Shown here in pieces: positions 28,290 to 41,604 of a DNA stretch of 64,000 nt (positions are counted from its first letter, which is position 1; every line of letters starts with the position of its first letter). Source of the stretch: Ferribacterium limneticum (GTDB lineage: Bacteria; Pseudomonadota; Gammaproteobacteria; Burkholderiales; Rhodocyclaceae); NCBI GenBank assembly GCA_049304775.1, contig JBAQOL010000014.1, positions 11,098 through 75,097 of the forward strand, given 5' to 3'. Both the position numbers and the translations under genes were made by a program. The notes under the pieces are model-generated. The model did not search any database and was not told where the DNA came from. It worked only from the letters and a program-made list of their open reading frames with translations.

Positions 28290-31200
28290 GTGGAAAAATC
28301 AGGACATGGCCCACTCGACAGCAGTCAACAAGGCCACTATCTCCCTCAGCTCCTGCTGAGCGAAGGTGGTGCCTGGTTCGCGCTCGGCCTCATTCTGGCC
28401 ATCACCGCCGGGCTCTACAGCTTTGTCCGGCAAAGCACCGAAGAACAGATTTACCAGCGCTTCCTCTATCGGGCCGAACAGGAACGCAGCATCCTGCTCT
28501 CCCGCCTCAATACCCATGCCCAGGTCCTGCGTGGGGCGGCGGCCTTCATTGAAGCGAGCGACAATGTCAATCGCGAAGAGTGGCACAGCTATGTGAGCAA
28601 CCTGCAACTGGCCAGAACCCTGCCCGGCATCCAGGCCACCGGTTATTCGCTGATGATCCACCCCCGCGAAAAGGCGGCCCACGAGCAAAGCATCCGAGCC
28701 GAGGGCTTTCCCGACTACACCATCAAACCCGGCGGCAAACGCGAACAGTACAGCAGCATCATTTTTCTCGAGCCATTCACCGAACTCAATCAGATTGCTC
28801 TCGGCTACGACATGGTCTCGGAACCGGTTCGCCGGCGCGCCATCGAACGGGCGCGGGACAACGGTGAGCCAGCCCTGTCGGGAAAAATCACCCTGCTCCA
28901 GGAAATCGGTCAGCAGGTCCAGCCCGGCTTCCTGATCTATATGCCCGTTTACCGGGCCGGCCAGCGCCGCGAGACCGTCGAGGAACGCCGGGCGGCTCTG
29001 CAGGGCTTGAGCTACGCGGCATTCCGGGCGCACGACCTGTTGTCCAGCGTAATCACCAAGGACAACAAGGATGTCGAGATCGAGCTCTACGACCTCGCCG
29101 TGGCACCGGAAAACCTGCTTTTTGACTCGCACGCCGGAAAAACGTCGGCGCGCGGCCGCCAGCACGTCACGCTGGCGATTGAATTTGGTGGTCACCAATG
29201 GGCTGCGCAACTGCACAGCCGCCCCGAATTCGACCGCATCACGTGGACGCCGTTGCCGCTCAGCATCGCCATCGGCGGCACCTTGAGCGGCCTCATGGCC
29301 TTTTTCTGGTTGCGCCGCAACGAGCGCTACAGGCGGCATATCACGGGCTACGCCGAGCGTTTGGGCAAGAACGAGAAGCGTCTGAGAACGCTGATCGACA
29401 CCCTTCCCGACATTGTCTGCCTGAAGGACGGCGAGGGCCGGTGGACCGAAGCCAACACCCTCCTGCTGCGCATGCTGGGCCTGAGCAACACCGATTATCG
29501 CGGCTCGACCAGCCAGGAGCTGGCGGCCTCGGGCAAATTCGACACGGCGCCGCTCGCCCTGCTCGAGGCTACGGACGAGGCGGTCTGGGCCAACGGCGAA
29601 CGCCTGCATGACGAACTGATTTTCCGCGACGACAAGGGCGGCGAGCAGGTTTTCGACGTCGCCAAAGTCCCCCTGTTTGGCACCGATGGCAGCCGCCAGG
29701 CGCTGGTCATGGTCGGCCACGACATCACGTCGCGCGTCCAGATCGAAAAGGAGCTGCGTTCGGCCGAACGCAAGTTCCGCGGTCTGGTCGAGCAGTCGCT
29801 GGCCGGGGTCTATATCATCCAGGGACAGTATTTTCGCTATGTGAATCCGTGGTTTGCCAAGGTTTTCGGCTACGACTCGCCGGAAGAAATCATCGACCGC
29901 GTCGCGGTCATCGATCTGGTTGCCCCGGAGGACCGGCAGAGGGTCATGGACAATGTCCGGCGCCGGGAAGGCGGTGAAATCGAGGCGCTGCATTACGGCT
30001 TTTCCGGTCTGCGCACGGATGGCGGCACGGTGGCCGTCGAGGTCTTCGGTACCGCCGTGGATTACGAAGGCCAGCCGGCGGTGATCGGGATCATCATCGA
30101 CATCTCCAAGCGCAAGCAGGCCGAGGCTGAATTGCAGGGTTACAGAGCGCACCTTGAGGAGCTTGTCGCCTCGCGCACGGCCGATCTCGAACTGGCCAAG
30201 GAGGCTGCCGAAACGGCCAATCGCGCCAAGAGCACCTTCCTCGCCAACATGAGCCACGAACTGCGCACGCCGATGAACGCGATCATCGGCCTGACGCACA
30301 TCCTGAGCCGGCGCAGCAGCGACCCGGAACAACGCGACAAGCTGGGCAAGATCGACAAGGCCGCCGGCCATCTGCTGTGCCTGCTCAACGATATTCTCGA
30401 CCTGTCGAAAATCGATGCCGAACGACTGACGCTGGAGCAAACGCCATTGCGCCTGGGCAGCATCATCGCCAACATTGAAAGCCTGGTCAGCGACAAAGTG
30501 GCGGCCAAGGGCCTGCAGTTGGAGCTCGACATCGACCCGCGGCTGGCCGGGACGGAGTTGCTCGGTGACCCCTTGCGCCTGCAGCAGATCTTGCTCAACG
30601 TGATCGACAACGCTGTCAAATTCACCGACCGGGGCCGCGTTTCAATCGGCGCCACGACGGCCGCCGAGACGGCGCGCACCCTGACCGCTCGCCTGGTCAT
30701 TCAGGATACCGGCATCGGCATCCCGCCCGAGGCGCAGGAGCGCATTTTCTCGCCTTTCGAACAGGCCGATGGATCAACCACCCGGCGCCATGGCGGAACG
30801 GGCCTCGGCCTGGCCATCGTCCGGCGACTGGTCCGGCTCATGAACGGCAGACTGGAGCTCAACAGCACGCCGGGCGAGGGCAGCACCTTCATTCTGACCG
30901 TCGCTTTCGACAAGGCAGCGCCCGAGACGGCCACGCCAGCCGGCGAGGCGGGCGCCACCGGGCTCGACAACTTCAGCGGCAAACGCGTGCTGCTGGCCGA
31001 AGATGACCCGATCAACCAGGAAGTGGCGCTCGAACTGCTGCAATGCCTGCCTGGCCTGGTCATCGATGTCGCCGACGACGGGGCCATCGCGCTCGAGCGC
31101 GCCGGCGAGACACGCTACGACCTGATCATCATGGACATGCAGATGCCGAACATGGATGGCCTGCTGGCGACCGCCGCCATCCGCCGCCTGCCCGGCTATG

Positions 31201-31361
31201 CAACGACCCCGATCCTGGCGATGACGGCCAATGCCTTTGCCGAAGACAAAGCGCGCTGCCTGGCAGCGGGCATGTCGGATTTCATCGCCAAGCCGGTCAA
31301 GCCGGAACTGCTCTACGCCAAGCTGGACCAGTGGCTGGGCGGCAAGGCCGAGTCGGCCTGA
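28290..31361 (+). CDS. CHASE-PAS-PAS hybrid sensor histidine kinase/response regulator
   Basis: TM, periplasmic CHASE-like region, TM, two PAS regions, HisKA ([16 protein letters not shown]), HATPase (GTGLGLAIV), and a C-terminal REC ([22 protein letters not shown]). GTG start uncertain. Confidence 0.85.
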   Translation: MEKSGHGPLDSSQQGHYLPQLLLSEGGAWFALGLILAITAGLYSFVRQSTEEQIYQRFLYRAEQERSILLSRLNTHAQVLRGAAAFIEASDNVNREEWHSYVSNLQLARTLPGIQATGYSLMIHPREKAAHEQSIRAEGFPDYTIKPGGKREQYSSIIFLEPFTELNQIALGYDMVSEPVRRRAIERARDNGEPALSGKITLLQEIGQQVQPGFLIYMPVYRAGQRRETVEERRAALQGLSYAAFRAHDLLSSVITKDNKDVEIELYDLAVAPENLLFDSHAGKTSARGRQHVTLAIEFGGHQWAAQLHSRPEFDRITWTPLPLSIAIGGTLSGLMAFFWLRRNERYRRHITGYAERLGKNEKRLRTLIDTLPDIVCLKDGEGRWTEANTLLLRMLGLSNTDYRGSTSQELAASGKFDTAPLALLEATDEAVWANGERLHDELIFRDDKGGEQVFDVAKVPLFGTDGSRQALVMVGHDITSRVQIEKELRSAERKFRGLVEQSLAGVYIIQGQYFRYVNPWFAKVFGYDSPEEIIDRVAVIDLVAPEDRQRVMDNVRRREGGEIEALHYGFSGLRTDGGTVAVEVFGTAVDYEGQPAVIGIIIDISKRKQAEAELQGYRAHLEELVASRTADLELAKEAAETANRAKSTFLANMSHELRTPMNAIIGLTHILSRRSSDPEQRDKLGKIDKAAGHLLCLLNDILDLSKIDAERLTLEQTPLRLGSIIANIESLVSDKVAAKGLQLELDIDPRLAGTELLGDPLRLQQILLNVIDNAVKFTDRGRVSIGATTAAETARTLTARLVIQDTGIGIPPEAQERIFSPFEQADGSTTRRHGGTGLGLAIVRRLVRLMNGRLELNSTPGEGSTFILTVAFDKAAPETATPAGEAGATGLDNFSGKRVLLAEDDPINQEVALELLQCLPGLVIDVADDGAIALERAGETRYDLIIMDMQMPNMDGLLATAAIRRLPGYATTPILAMTANAFAEDKARCLAAGMSDFIAKPVKPELLYAKLDQWLGGKAESA

Positions 31362-31397
31362 TTTCGTTTTTGGGCGTTTTTTCCGGTTGACCGTGGG
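31360..31397 (-). repeat. Dispersed ~40-bp repeat, copy 5 (reverse)
   Basis: gatttcgtttttgggcgttttttccggttgaccgtggg begins at the last base of the kinase stop codon and fills most of the gap to the convergent parA-like gene. Confidence 0.85.
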
Positions 31398-31403
31398 AAT
31401 CGG

Positions 31404-32030
31404 CTACTCTGCCTCGACCCACTTGATGATCGCCTGCCATTGCTCGATATCGCGCTCGGCGCGCGACGGCGGCAGGTCGAAGATGGTCATGCCGGCGGCC
31501 GTGGCCTGGACATAGGTCTGGGTGTCGCGCAGGTAGGCCAGCACGGGCAGGTCGAAGGTGGCGAAGAAGCGTTCGAGTTCGCCGGCTGCACGGGTTCGCG
31601 CATCGACCCGCATGCCGATCACGGCGACGTCGGCCTTGCCTTTGCGCACGGCCTTTTCGGAGAGCAGTTCGGCCAGGAAATGGCGGGTCGCCAGCATGTC
31701 GAACATCGATGGCTGGACCGGCACGATGACCCGCGTCGACAGCTTGAGGACGCGTTCGAGCAGCTTGCCGTGCAGGCCGGCCGGGGTGTCGAGGACGACG
31801 TGTGTGGTGCCTTTGGGCGGCCGTGAGATCTTGTCTTCGCCAACCGCCCAGGTATCAATGGTGGGCAGGGCAAAGGGGCGCATGCCGAGCCATTCGCGCG
31901 ATGATTGCTGACGGTCGATATCGCCGAGCATCACCTCTTCACCCTTGTTGGCAAAATAGCCGGCCAGATTGGTCGCCAGCGTGCTTTTGCCCGAGCCGCC
32001 CTTGGGATTGGCGACGAGAAACGCTTTCAT
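31404..32030 (-). CDS. Orphan ParA/MinD-family ATPase
   Basis: Deviant Walker A: ANPKGGSGKSTLATNLA. 208 aa. Start overlaps the upstream stop by 4 nt. Confidence 0.8.
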   Translation of the reverse strand: MKAFLVANPKGGSGKSTLATNLAGYFANKGEEVMLGDIDRQQSSREWLGMRPFALPTIDTWAVGEDKISRPPKGTTHVVLDTPAGLHGKLLERVLKLSTRVIVPVQPSMFDMLATRHFLAELLSEKAVRKGKADVAVIGMRVDARTRAAGELERFFATFDLPVLAYLRDTQTYVQATAAGMTIFDLPPSRAERDIEQWQAIIKWVEAE

Positions 32031-33352
32031 GCTGCAGATTCCTTCTTGTCGAGAATATGGCGAACCAGATTGACGTGTTCGCGCAAGGTATAGGCCAGAT
32101 CGGTGAAGCCGAGCGGGATGTGCAGGGCGCTGGCCTCATCGTCGAGGGCATCGAGCCGGCTGCGATAGTCGGCCAGTTTGGCCGCATCGAAATGCAGCTT
32201 GAGGTCGTCTTCGAGGAATTTCAGTTCGCCGTAGATGCGGAACACCTTGGAGCGCACCCGCCAGTTGTAAATCGCCGGCGCCACCTTGAGCAGCGGGATG
32301 AGCAGCACGAAGACCGGGACCAGCATGACGATCAGCCGGTCGACCAGCACGGCCAGCCAGAACGGCAGGTAGCGCTGCAGGAAGGAGGGGCCGGACTTGA
32401 AGTGGCGTGCCGCCTCGGGCGACAGCGGCAGCATCTGGTCCATGTAGGACGGGAATTCGCCAGCATCCTGGAAGAAGCCGGATTTGCCATGCACCTCGCT
32501 GGCCGCCTGCAGGATCAGCGCCTGCAAGGCCGGATGGAGGTCGTCGCGGACGATCAGGTTGGCCGTCGGGGCCAGCACCTTGATGTCTTCCGGCGGGAAA
32601 TCGCGGACCAGATCGGCGACGCCCTGCGGAAAGGTCAGCTTGGTCAGGAAAGGAAAACGACGCTGATAGGCACGATCCTGGGCGAAGCTCATGAGCTTGA
32701 CGCCAGGCGAGCGGATCAGCACCTGGACGACCGGCGCCGTTTCGGCGGCGATGATGAAAGCGGCGTCGATCCGCCCCTGCTGCAGCTCTTCAGCCGCCGA
32801 CAGGCCAGCCAGCGGGACCAGATGCTTGCCGGCGGGAATTTCGTTGGCATCGAGCAACTGCTGCGCCAACTGGCGCACCCCTGAGCCTTCCTGGCCGATG
32901 GCGATGCGCTTGCCCTTGAGTTCGGTCAGGCGGGTCAGCACCTTGTCGCCGCGATAGAAGACCCAGACCGGCTCGTAAAAAAGGCTGCCGAGCGAGAGCA
33001 GGCCGGAATCATCCACGGCGTCGGGATCGGGGTTTGGCGGCACGACACCGCCCTGGACGAAGCCGATCTGCACTTCATCGTTTTTCAGACGATCCAGATT
33101 TTCCAGCGAACCGGCCGAGGTTCGGACCTCGAGCGTGATGCCGTTCTTGGCCAGGATGGTCGCGTAACGCTTGGCAAACTGGTAATAGGCGCCACTTTCG
33201 CTGCCCGTGCTGATGGCGATTTTCGTCGGCGGCGCCGGCTCAACGAACTGGTAGGCGACCGCGAAGCCGATGCCGGCGAGCAGGACGATCCACCAGGCGG
33301 TGGCGAACAGGTCGCGCAGCGAAAGCAGTCCTGCCTTGATCTTGGCCATCAT
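32027..33352 (-). CDS. TAXI-family (TRAP-type) solute-binding protein with N- and C-terminal membrane anchors and a cytoplasmic coiled-coil tail
   Basis: N-terminal TM, then ISTGSESGAYYQFAKRYATILAKNGITLEVRTSAGSLENL (TAXI signature), a late TM (FWLAVLVDRLIVMLVPVFVLLIPLL) and about 90 aa of helical tail. Confidence 0.75.
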   Translation of the reverse strand: MMAKIKAGLLSLRDLFATAWWIVLLAGIGFAVAYQFVEPAPPTKIAISTGSESGAYYQFAKRYATILAKNGITLEVRTSAGSLENLDRLKNDEVQIGFVQGGVVPPNPDPDAVDDSGLLSLGSLFYEPVWVFYRGDKVLTRLTELKGKRIAIGQEGSGVRQLAQQLLDANEIPAGKHLVPLAGLSAAEELQQGRIDAAFIIAAETAPVVQVLIRSPGVKLMSFAQDRAYQRRFPFLTKLTFPQGVADLVRDFPPEDIKVLAPTANLIVRDDLHPALQALILQAASEVHGKSGFFQDAGEFPSYMDQMLPLSPEAARHFKSGPSFLQRYLPFWLAVLVDRLIVMLVPVFVLLIPLLKVAPAIYNWRVRSKVFRIYGELKFLEDDLKLHFDAAKLADYRSRLDALDDEASALHIPLGFTDLAYTLREHVNLVRHILDKKESAA

Positions 33353-34323
33353 GGCAGCAGGATGGTGGAACCCGTGGTCAGGCGCGCCTCAAGGTCGCGA
33401 TGCGCCTGGGCGGCGTCCTTCAGGGCGTAGGTTTGATTGACCTCGATCTTGACCTGGCCGGAGACGACGACATCGAACAGCTCGCTGCCCAGCGCCACGA
33501 GATCTTCGCGCTTCGCCGTGTAATTCATGAGTGTTGGCCGGGTGACGAAGAGCGAGCCCTTTTGCGACAGCACGATGAGGTCGAGCGGCGGCACCGGGCC
33601 GGAGGCATTGCCGAACGAAACCATCATGCCCATGGGGCGCAGGCTGTCGAGCGAGCCGGCAAAGGTGTCCTTGCCGACGCCGTCATAGACCACGGCGACG
33701 CCTTCGCCGTTGGTGATTTCGCGCACGCGCTGTGCGAAATTCTCGGTGCTGTAGTTGATCACATGGTGGCAGCCGTGTGCCTTGGCCAGCTCGGCCTTGG
33801 CCGGCGAACCGACGGTGCCGATGACCGTCGCGCCGAGCGCCCGCGCCCACTGGCAGGCGATCAGCCCGACGCCGCCGGCGGCAGCCTGGATCAGCACGGC
33901 ATCGCCGGCTTGCACGCGGTAGGTTTTGCGCAGCAGGTAGGCCGCCGTCAGGCCTTGCAGCATCATCGCCGCGCCGGTTTCGAAAGAGATGGCGTCGGGC
34001 AGTTTGAGCAGGCGGTGCGCCGGGATGTTGCGGACTTCGGCGTAGGCGCCGAGCGGCCCGCCGGCGTAGGCGACGCGATCGCCGACCTTGAGTTCGCTGA
34101 CACCCTCGCCGACCGCCTCGACGACACCGGCGCCTTCCATGCCGATGCCGGAAGGCAGCGTGACTGGATAGAGGCCGGTGCGGTGATAGACGTCGATGAA
34201 ATTGAGGCCGACGGCATGGTGACGAACCGTCGCTTCGCCGGGGGCCGGCGCCGGCACCTCGACCGTTTCCCAGGACAGCACTTCCGGGCCGCCGTTTTGA
34301 TGAAGACGAATGGCGTAGGGCAT
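33349..34323 (-). CDS. qor: NADPH:quinone oxidoreductase (zeta-crystallin/MDR family)
   Basis: HAVGLNFIDVYHRTGLYP... and AAAGGVGLIACQWA. Confidence 0.85.
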   Translation of the reverse strand: MPYAIRLHQNGGPEVLSWETVEVPAPAPGEATVRHHAVGLNFIDVYHRTGLYPVTLPSGIGMEGAGVVEAVGEGVSELKVGDRVAYAGGPLGAYAEVRNIPAHRLLKLPDAISFETGAAMMLQGLTAAYLLRKTYRVQAGDAVLIQAAAGGVGLIACQWARALGATVIGTVGSPAKAELAKAHGCHHVINYSTENFAQRVREITNGEGVAVVYDGVGKDTFAGSLDSLRPMGMMVSFGNASGPVPPLDLIVLSQKGSLFVTRPTLMNYTAKREDLVALGSELFDVVVSGQVKIEVNQTYALKDAAQAHRDLEARLTTGSTILLP

Positions 34324-34401
34324 GGTGATCTCCTCGTTATCTGCTTATTTTTGCGAGATAACGAGGTTATCACCGTGCCGGCCGGCGATCTAGCTTCCGA
34401 C

Positions 34402-34438
34402 GATTTGAATTTTGGTCAAAATTTCCGGTTGACCGTGG
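34402..34438 (-). repeat. Dispersed ~40-bp repeat, copy 6 (reverse)
   Basis: gatttgaattttggtcaaaatttccggttgaccgtgg lies between uvrD and qor. Confidence 0.85.
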
Positions 34439-34455
34439 AAGTCGACCGGAAGCGC

Positions 34456-36600
34456 TCAAACCGGCGTCAGCTTGGCGTATTCCAGCGCCAGCCACTTCAT
34501 GCCGCTGCCGCCGAAATTGATCTGGACGCGCGCATCAGCACCGCGCCCTTCGGTGGATACGATGACGCCGATGCCGAACTTGGCGTGCTCGACCGTCTGC
34601 CCGATGCGCAGGCCACCGGCTGCCACCGGCTCGGCATAGCCGCCACCGAACGAGCCGAATGCCGGAAAAGCCGCCGCCGGCGCGGCTTTCTTGTTGAGCT
34701 TGAGCAGCAGTTGCTCGGGGATTTCATCGAGGAAGCTCGACGGCACGCAATACCGTGTCTGGCCATGCAGCATGCGGGTTTGCGCGCAGGAAACGTAAAG
34801 GCGCTGGCGGGCCCGGGTGACTGCGACATACATGAGCCGGCGCTCCTCCTCGAGCCCATCCTTGCCCTCGTTGATCGAGTTTTCGTGGGGAAACAGGCCC
34901 TGCTCGAGCCCGGTGATGAAAACCACGTCGAACTCCAGCCCCTTGGCGGCGTGCACCGACATGAGCTGCACCGCCTCCTGCCCCTCGCCAGCCTGATGCT
35001 CGCCGGCTTCCAGCGAGGCCAGGGTCAGGAAAGAGACTAGCGCGCCGCCTTCGCCGATGGCGCCTTCGTCGTCGACGAAGGTGGCGGCGGCGTTGATCAG
35101 TTCGTCGAGATTCTCCAGCCGATCCTGGCCTTCCTTGTCGGTCCGGTAATGCTGGGCCAGACCGGATTTTTCGATGATGTGCTCGACCATTTCCGGCAGC
35201 GGCAGACCTTCCGTTTCGACGCGCAGTTGCTCGATCAAGCGGATGAAAGCGCCGACCGTCTGGCCGGACTTGCCGGTCAGCGAAGCGGCTGCGTTATACA
35301 GGCTCGAATTGGTCTGATGCGCCGTCGCCTGCAGGTTTTCGAGGGAACGGGCACCGATGCCGCGGGTCGGGAAATTGACGACGCGCAGGAAAGCCGTGTC
35401 GTCGTCCGGATTACCGAGCAGGCGCAGATAGGCCAGCGCGTGCTTGATCTCCTGGCGCTCGAAGAAGCGCAGGCCGCCATAGACCTTGTACGGCACGTTC
35501 TTGGTAAACAGCTCGTTTTCGAGCACGCGCGACTGGGCGTTTGAGCGGTAAAGCAGGGCAATCTGCGTCGGCGAAATGCCGTCGCGGACCAGTTCGCGGA
35601 TTTCCTCGACGACAAAACGCGCCTCGTCGAGATCGGAATAAGCCTCGAAAGCACGGATCAGCTCGCCCTCGCCGGCATCGGTCCACAAATTCTTGCCGAG
35701 GCGCTCGCGGTTATTCTTGATGATGGCGTTGGCCGCCGTCAGGATATTGCCGTGCGAACGGTAGTTCTGCTCAAGGCGGATCACATTGTCGCCAGCGTAA
35801 TCGCGCTCGAAATCGCGCATGTTGCCGACTTCGGCGCCGCGGAAGGCGTAGATGCTCTGGTCGTCGTCACCGACGGCAAAGACCACGGCGCCGCCGCCCG
35901 CCAGCAGTTTGAGCCAGGCGTATTGCAGCTTGTTGGTGTCCTGCACCTCATCGACCAGGATGTAACGGAAGCGATCCTGATAGTGCTTGCGCAAAGGTTC
36001 GTTGCGCTGCAGCAATTCGTAGCAGCGCAACAACAGTTCGGCGAAGTCGACGACGCCCTCGCGGTTGCACTGGGTTTCATATTCGGCGTACAGCTCGACG
36101 CGTTTTTGCGTGTAGTTGTCGTAAACCTCGGCCTGCGCCGCCCGCACGCCCTGCTCTTTATGGGCGTTGATGAAATGACACAGCTCGCGCGGCGGGTATT
36201 TCTCGTCATCAACATTCAGGTTCTTGAGCAGACGCTTGACCATCGCCAGTTGGTCGGCCGAATCGAGGATCTGGAAGGTCTGCGGCAGCCCGGCCTCGCG
36301 GTAATGCGCCCGCAGCAGGCGGTTGCACAGGCCGTGGAAAGTGCCGATCCACATGCCGCGCGTGTTGATCGGCACGAGTGACGACAGCCGCGCCGTCATT
36401 TCCTTCGCCGCCTTGTTGGTGAAGGTCACGGCCAGTACGCCGTGCGGCCCGACCTGACCGGTGGACATGAGCCAGGCGATGCGCGTGGTCAGCACCCGGG
36501 TCTTACCGCTGCCGGCGCCGGCAAGAATCAGGGCGTGCACCGGCGGCAAGGTAACAGCCTGAAGTTGCGGCGAATTTAAGTTGGCAAGCAGATCGGACAT
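34456..36600 (-). CDS. uvrD: DNA helicase II (UvrD/Rep family)
   Basis: ILAGAGSGKTRVLTTRIAWL, VDEVQDTN and further SF1 helicase motifs. 714 aa. Confidence 0.9.
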   Translation of the reverse strand: MSDLLANLNSPQLQAVTLPPVHALILAGAGSGKTRVLTTRIAWLMSTGQVGPHGVLAVTFTNKAAKEMTARLSSLVPINTRGMWIGTFHGLCNRLLRAHYREAGLPQTFQILDSADQLAMVKRLLKNLNVDDEKYPPRELCHFINAHKEQGVRAAQAEVYDNYTQKRVELYAEYETQCNREGVVDFAELLLRCYELLQRNEPLRKHYQDRFRYILVDEVQDTNKLQYAWLKLLAGGGAVVFAVGDDDQSIYAFRGAEVGNMRDFERDYAGDNVIRLEQNYRSHGNILTAANAIIKNNRERLGKNLWTDAGEGELIRAFEAYSDLDEARFVVEEIRELVRDGISPTQIALLYRSNAQSRVLENELFTKNVPYKVYGGLRFFERQEIKHALAYLRLLGNPDDDTAFLRVVNFPTRGIGARSLENLQATAHQTNSSLYNAAASLTGKSGQTVGAFIRLIEQLRVETEGLPLPEMVEHIIEKSGLAQHYRTDKEGQDRLENLDELINAAATFVDDEGAIGEGGALVSFLTLASLEAGEHQAGEGQEAVQLMSVHAAKGLEFDVVFITGLEQGLFPHENSINEGKDGLEEERRLMYVAVTRARQRLYVSCAQTRMLHGQTRYCVPSSFLDEIPEQLLLKLNKKAAPAAAFPAFGSFGGGYAEPVAAGGLRIGQTVEHAKFGIGVIVSTEGRGADARVQINFGGSGMKWLALEYAKLTPV

Positions 36601-36851
36601 GAATTATTTCACAGAAAAATTATTACCAAAGGCGTAGAATGTCCGCCATAAAAAGCGGGAATGGAAAACTGGTCAGACCAATTTGTTGCGATTGTGCAAC
36701 GCAGCAAACGAAAGCGCACGGTTTTTTACACACCGCAAAAACTAGCCAAGTATACTTGGCAAAAAATATATTGCAGTGCACAAAACAATTTGCCCACAAG
36801 GCAGTCATACAGCAAGTAGCTACCGCTACAACGTAGTAAAGGAGAATCAGC

Positions 36852-37202
36852 ATGAACAGCATGAATGCACCGAAGATCCTGCCCTGGATCGCCCGCAAGG
36901 CCGGCATCAGCGACGAGCTCGCGCTCAAACTGTGGCGCCGCGCCGTCAGCGAAGCCGAGTATCTCACCGGCACAACCGAAGGCTCCGCCTACTACGGCCT
37001 GGCCGTCGATCGCTTCCTGACCATCGTCGAGGACGAAGTAGGCAACGTTCAATCCTGCAGTCTGGCTCCCGCTCCCCAGCTTTCCTGGATGTGGCGTCAC
37101 CAGTCCCGGATGTCCCTGCTCTCGCTGGCCGCCTCCCAGAATGCCTACCGTTACTGGCAGAACACCTGGGAAGGCATGTATCCGCAAAAAAAAGCGGCGT
37201 GA
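36852..37202 (+). CDS. Hypothetical protein
   Basis: 116-aa ORF with AAGGAGAA SD. No family recognised. Confidence 0.5.
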   Translation: MNSMNAPKILPWIARKAGISDELALKLWRRAVSEAEYLTGTTEGSAYYGLAVDRFLTIVEDEVGNVQSCSLAPAPQLSWMWRHQSRMSLLSLAASQNAYRYWQNTWEGMYPQKKAA

Positions 37203-37274
37203 CCGGGCAACGTTAAGTTGAATCCCGCCGATGCGGAGCGTGCAGGCTCCACATCGGCCCCGCCCGGTCACTGA

Positions 37275-40058
<2,784 letters not shown>

Positions 40059-40069
40059 GGAAAGCCGCC

Positions 40070-40597
40070 ATGCGTTCTCCGCTCCGTCTATTGCTCGCCC
40101 TGATTATCGCCGTCGCCCTCGCTGGCTGCGGCTTCCATCTGCGCGGCGTCGGCAGCGGCAACCTGCCCTACAAGGCGATGTACATCGCCTTGCCGGACAC
40201 AGCTGACGTCAATATCTGGCTGCAGCGCTACATCAAGGCCAGCGGCAGCACCGAGATTGTCGAGGACGCCAAGACGGCCGATGCCATCTTCCAGCAACTG
40301 GGCGACAGCCGCCTGAAGACGATCCTCAGCGTCAATGCTCAGGGTCGCGTGCGCGAATACCGGCTGCAAATGACCTACACCTTCCGCATCGTCAATCAGA
40401 AGGGGCAAGTGCTCGTCCCGCCCAACGAGGTGGCCCTGACCCGCGATATTTCCTTCGACGACTCGAACATTCTCGCCAAGGATCTCGAAGAAAACCTGCT
40501 CTGGCGTGACATGACCAATGATCTGGTCAACCAGATCATGCGCCGGCTGAGCATCATCAAACCGAAAAACCCCGACACAGCAGAAGACGACGAGTAA
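40070..40597 (+). CDS. lptE: LPS-assembly lipoprotein LptE
   Basis: Lipobox LAGCGFHLRG. Conserved leuS-lptE-holA order. Confidence 0.85.
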   Translation: MRSPLRLLLALIIAVALAGCGFHLRGVGSGNLPYKAMYIALPDTADVNIWLQRYIKASGSTEIVEDAKTADAIFQQLGDSRLKTILSVNAQGRVREYRLQMTYTFRIVNQKGQVLVPPNEVALTRDISFDDSNILAKDLEENLLWRDMTNDLVNQIMRRLSIIKPKNPDTAEDDE

Positions 40598-41604
40598 TGC
40601 TACTCAAGGGCGATCAGCTGGCGAGCCACCTCGAACGCGAACTGCGGCCGCTTTACGTTCTGTACGGCGACGACCCACTGCTGGTCATCGAAGCCGCAGA
40701 CGCCATCCGCGCCAAGTCGCGTCAGCAGGGCTACAGCGAACGCGAAGTGCTCACTGTGCTGCCGCAATTCGACTGGGGAACATTGCTGGCCGCCGGCGGC
40801 AACATGTCGCTGTTCGGCGATAAAAAATTGATCGACCTGCGCGTTCCGACCGGCAAGGTCGGCAAGGAAGGCAGCGCTGCGCTCCAGCAGTGGTGCCAGA
40901 ACCTGTCGATGGACAACCTGCTGCTGATCACCCTGCCCGAACTCGACTGGCGCGAGGAAAAGGCTGTCTGGTTCACCGCCCTGGTCAATGCCGGCGTCGC
41001 GATCAAACTCATGGCCCCGCCACTGGCCGAGTTGCCGGGCTGGATCGTCGGCCGCCTGCGTCGCCAGCAACAGAGCGCCGACCTCGAAAGCCTCAAGTTC
41101 ATCGCCGAGCGCGTCGAAGGCAACCTGCTCGCCGCCCACCAGGAAATCCAGAAACTCGGCCTGCTCTACCCGGCCGGCCAGCTCAGCATGGCGCAGATTC
41201 GCGATGCCGTTCTCAACGTCGCCCGTTACGACATCGACGGCCTGCGCGAAGCGCTGCTCTCGGGCGATCTCGCCCGCCTGACGCGGACGCTGGATGGCCT
41301 GATGCAGGAAGGCGAAGCGCCGCCGCTGGTGTTGTGGGCGATGAGCGAGGAAATCCGGGCGTTGACCATCATTCGCGCCGGCATGGATGCCGGCAAGCCG
41401 GTGGACATGCTGCTCAAGGATGCCAAGGTCTGGGGGCCGCGCGCCAATTCGGTGAAGAAGGCGCTACAACGGCTATCGACCGCAGGGCTCGAAGCGGCAC
41501 TGCAACATGCCGGCAAGATCGACCGACTGGCCAAAGGCATCGGTCACGGCAATATCTGGGAAGAATTCCTGCGGCTCGGCCTGCGCCTCACCGCCGTTAA
41601 ATAA
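40597..41604 (+). CDS. holA: DNA polymerase III delta subunit
   Basis: 335 aa. TAATG overlap with lptE. N-terminus LRPLYVLYGDDPLL is typical of HolA. Confidence 0.85.
   Translation: MLLKGDQLASHLERELRPLYVLYGDDPLLVIEAADAIRAKSRQQGYSEREVLTVLPQFDWGTLLAAGGNMSLFGDKKLIDLRVPTGKVGKEGSAALQQWCQNLSMDNLLLITLPELDWREEKAVWFTALVNAGVAIKLMAPPLAELPGWIVGRLRRQQQSADLESLKFIAERVEGNLLAAHQEIQKLGLLYPAGQLSMAQIRDAVLNVARYDIDGLREALLSGDLARLTRTLDGLMQEGEAPPLVLWAMSEEIRALTIIRAGMDAGKPVDMLLKDAKVWGPRANSVKKALQRLSTAGLEAALQHAGKIDRLAKGIGHGNIWEEFLRLGLRLTAVK

Noticed and set aside
28299-30440. 713-aa ORF antisense to the CHASE hybrid kinase (likewise 33400-35040, 37860-39779, 41910-43214, 55098-56681 and 63348-63902)
   Set aside because: In each case the opposite strand carries a gene with unambiguous catalytic motifs (HisKA, Qor/UvrD, LeuS, ProA, RpoD, Zot).
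37226-37262. Long hairpin gccgatgcggagc-gtgcag-gctccacatcggc after ORF 36852-37202 as a terminator or riboswitch piece
   Set aside because: There is no following T-run and no recognisable riboswitch consensus. It may be an attenuating structure, but a call cannot be supported from sequence alone.
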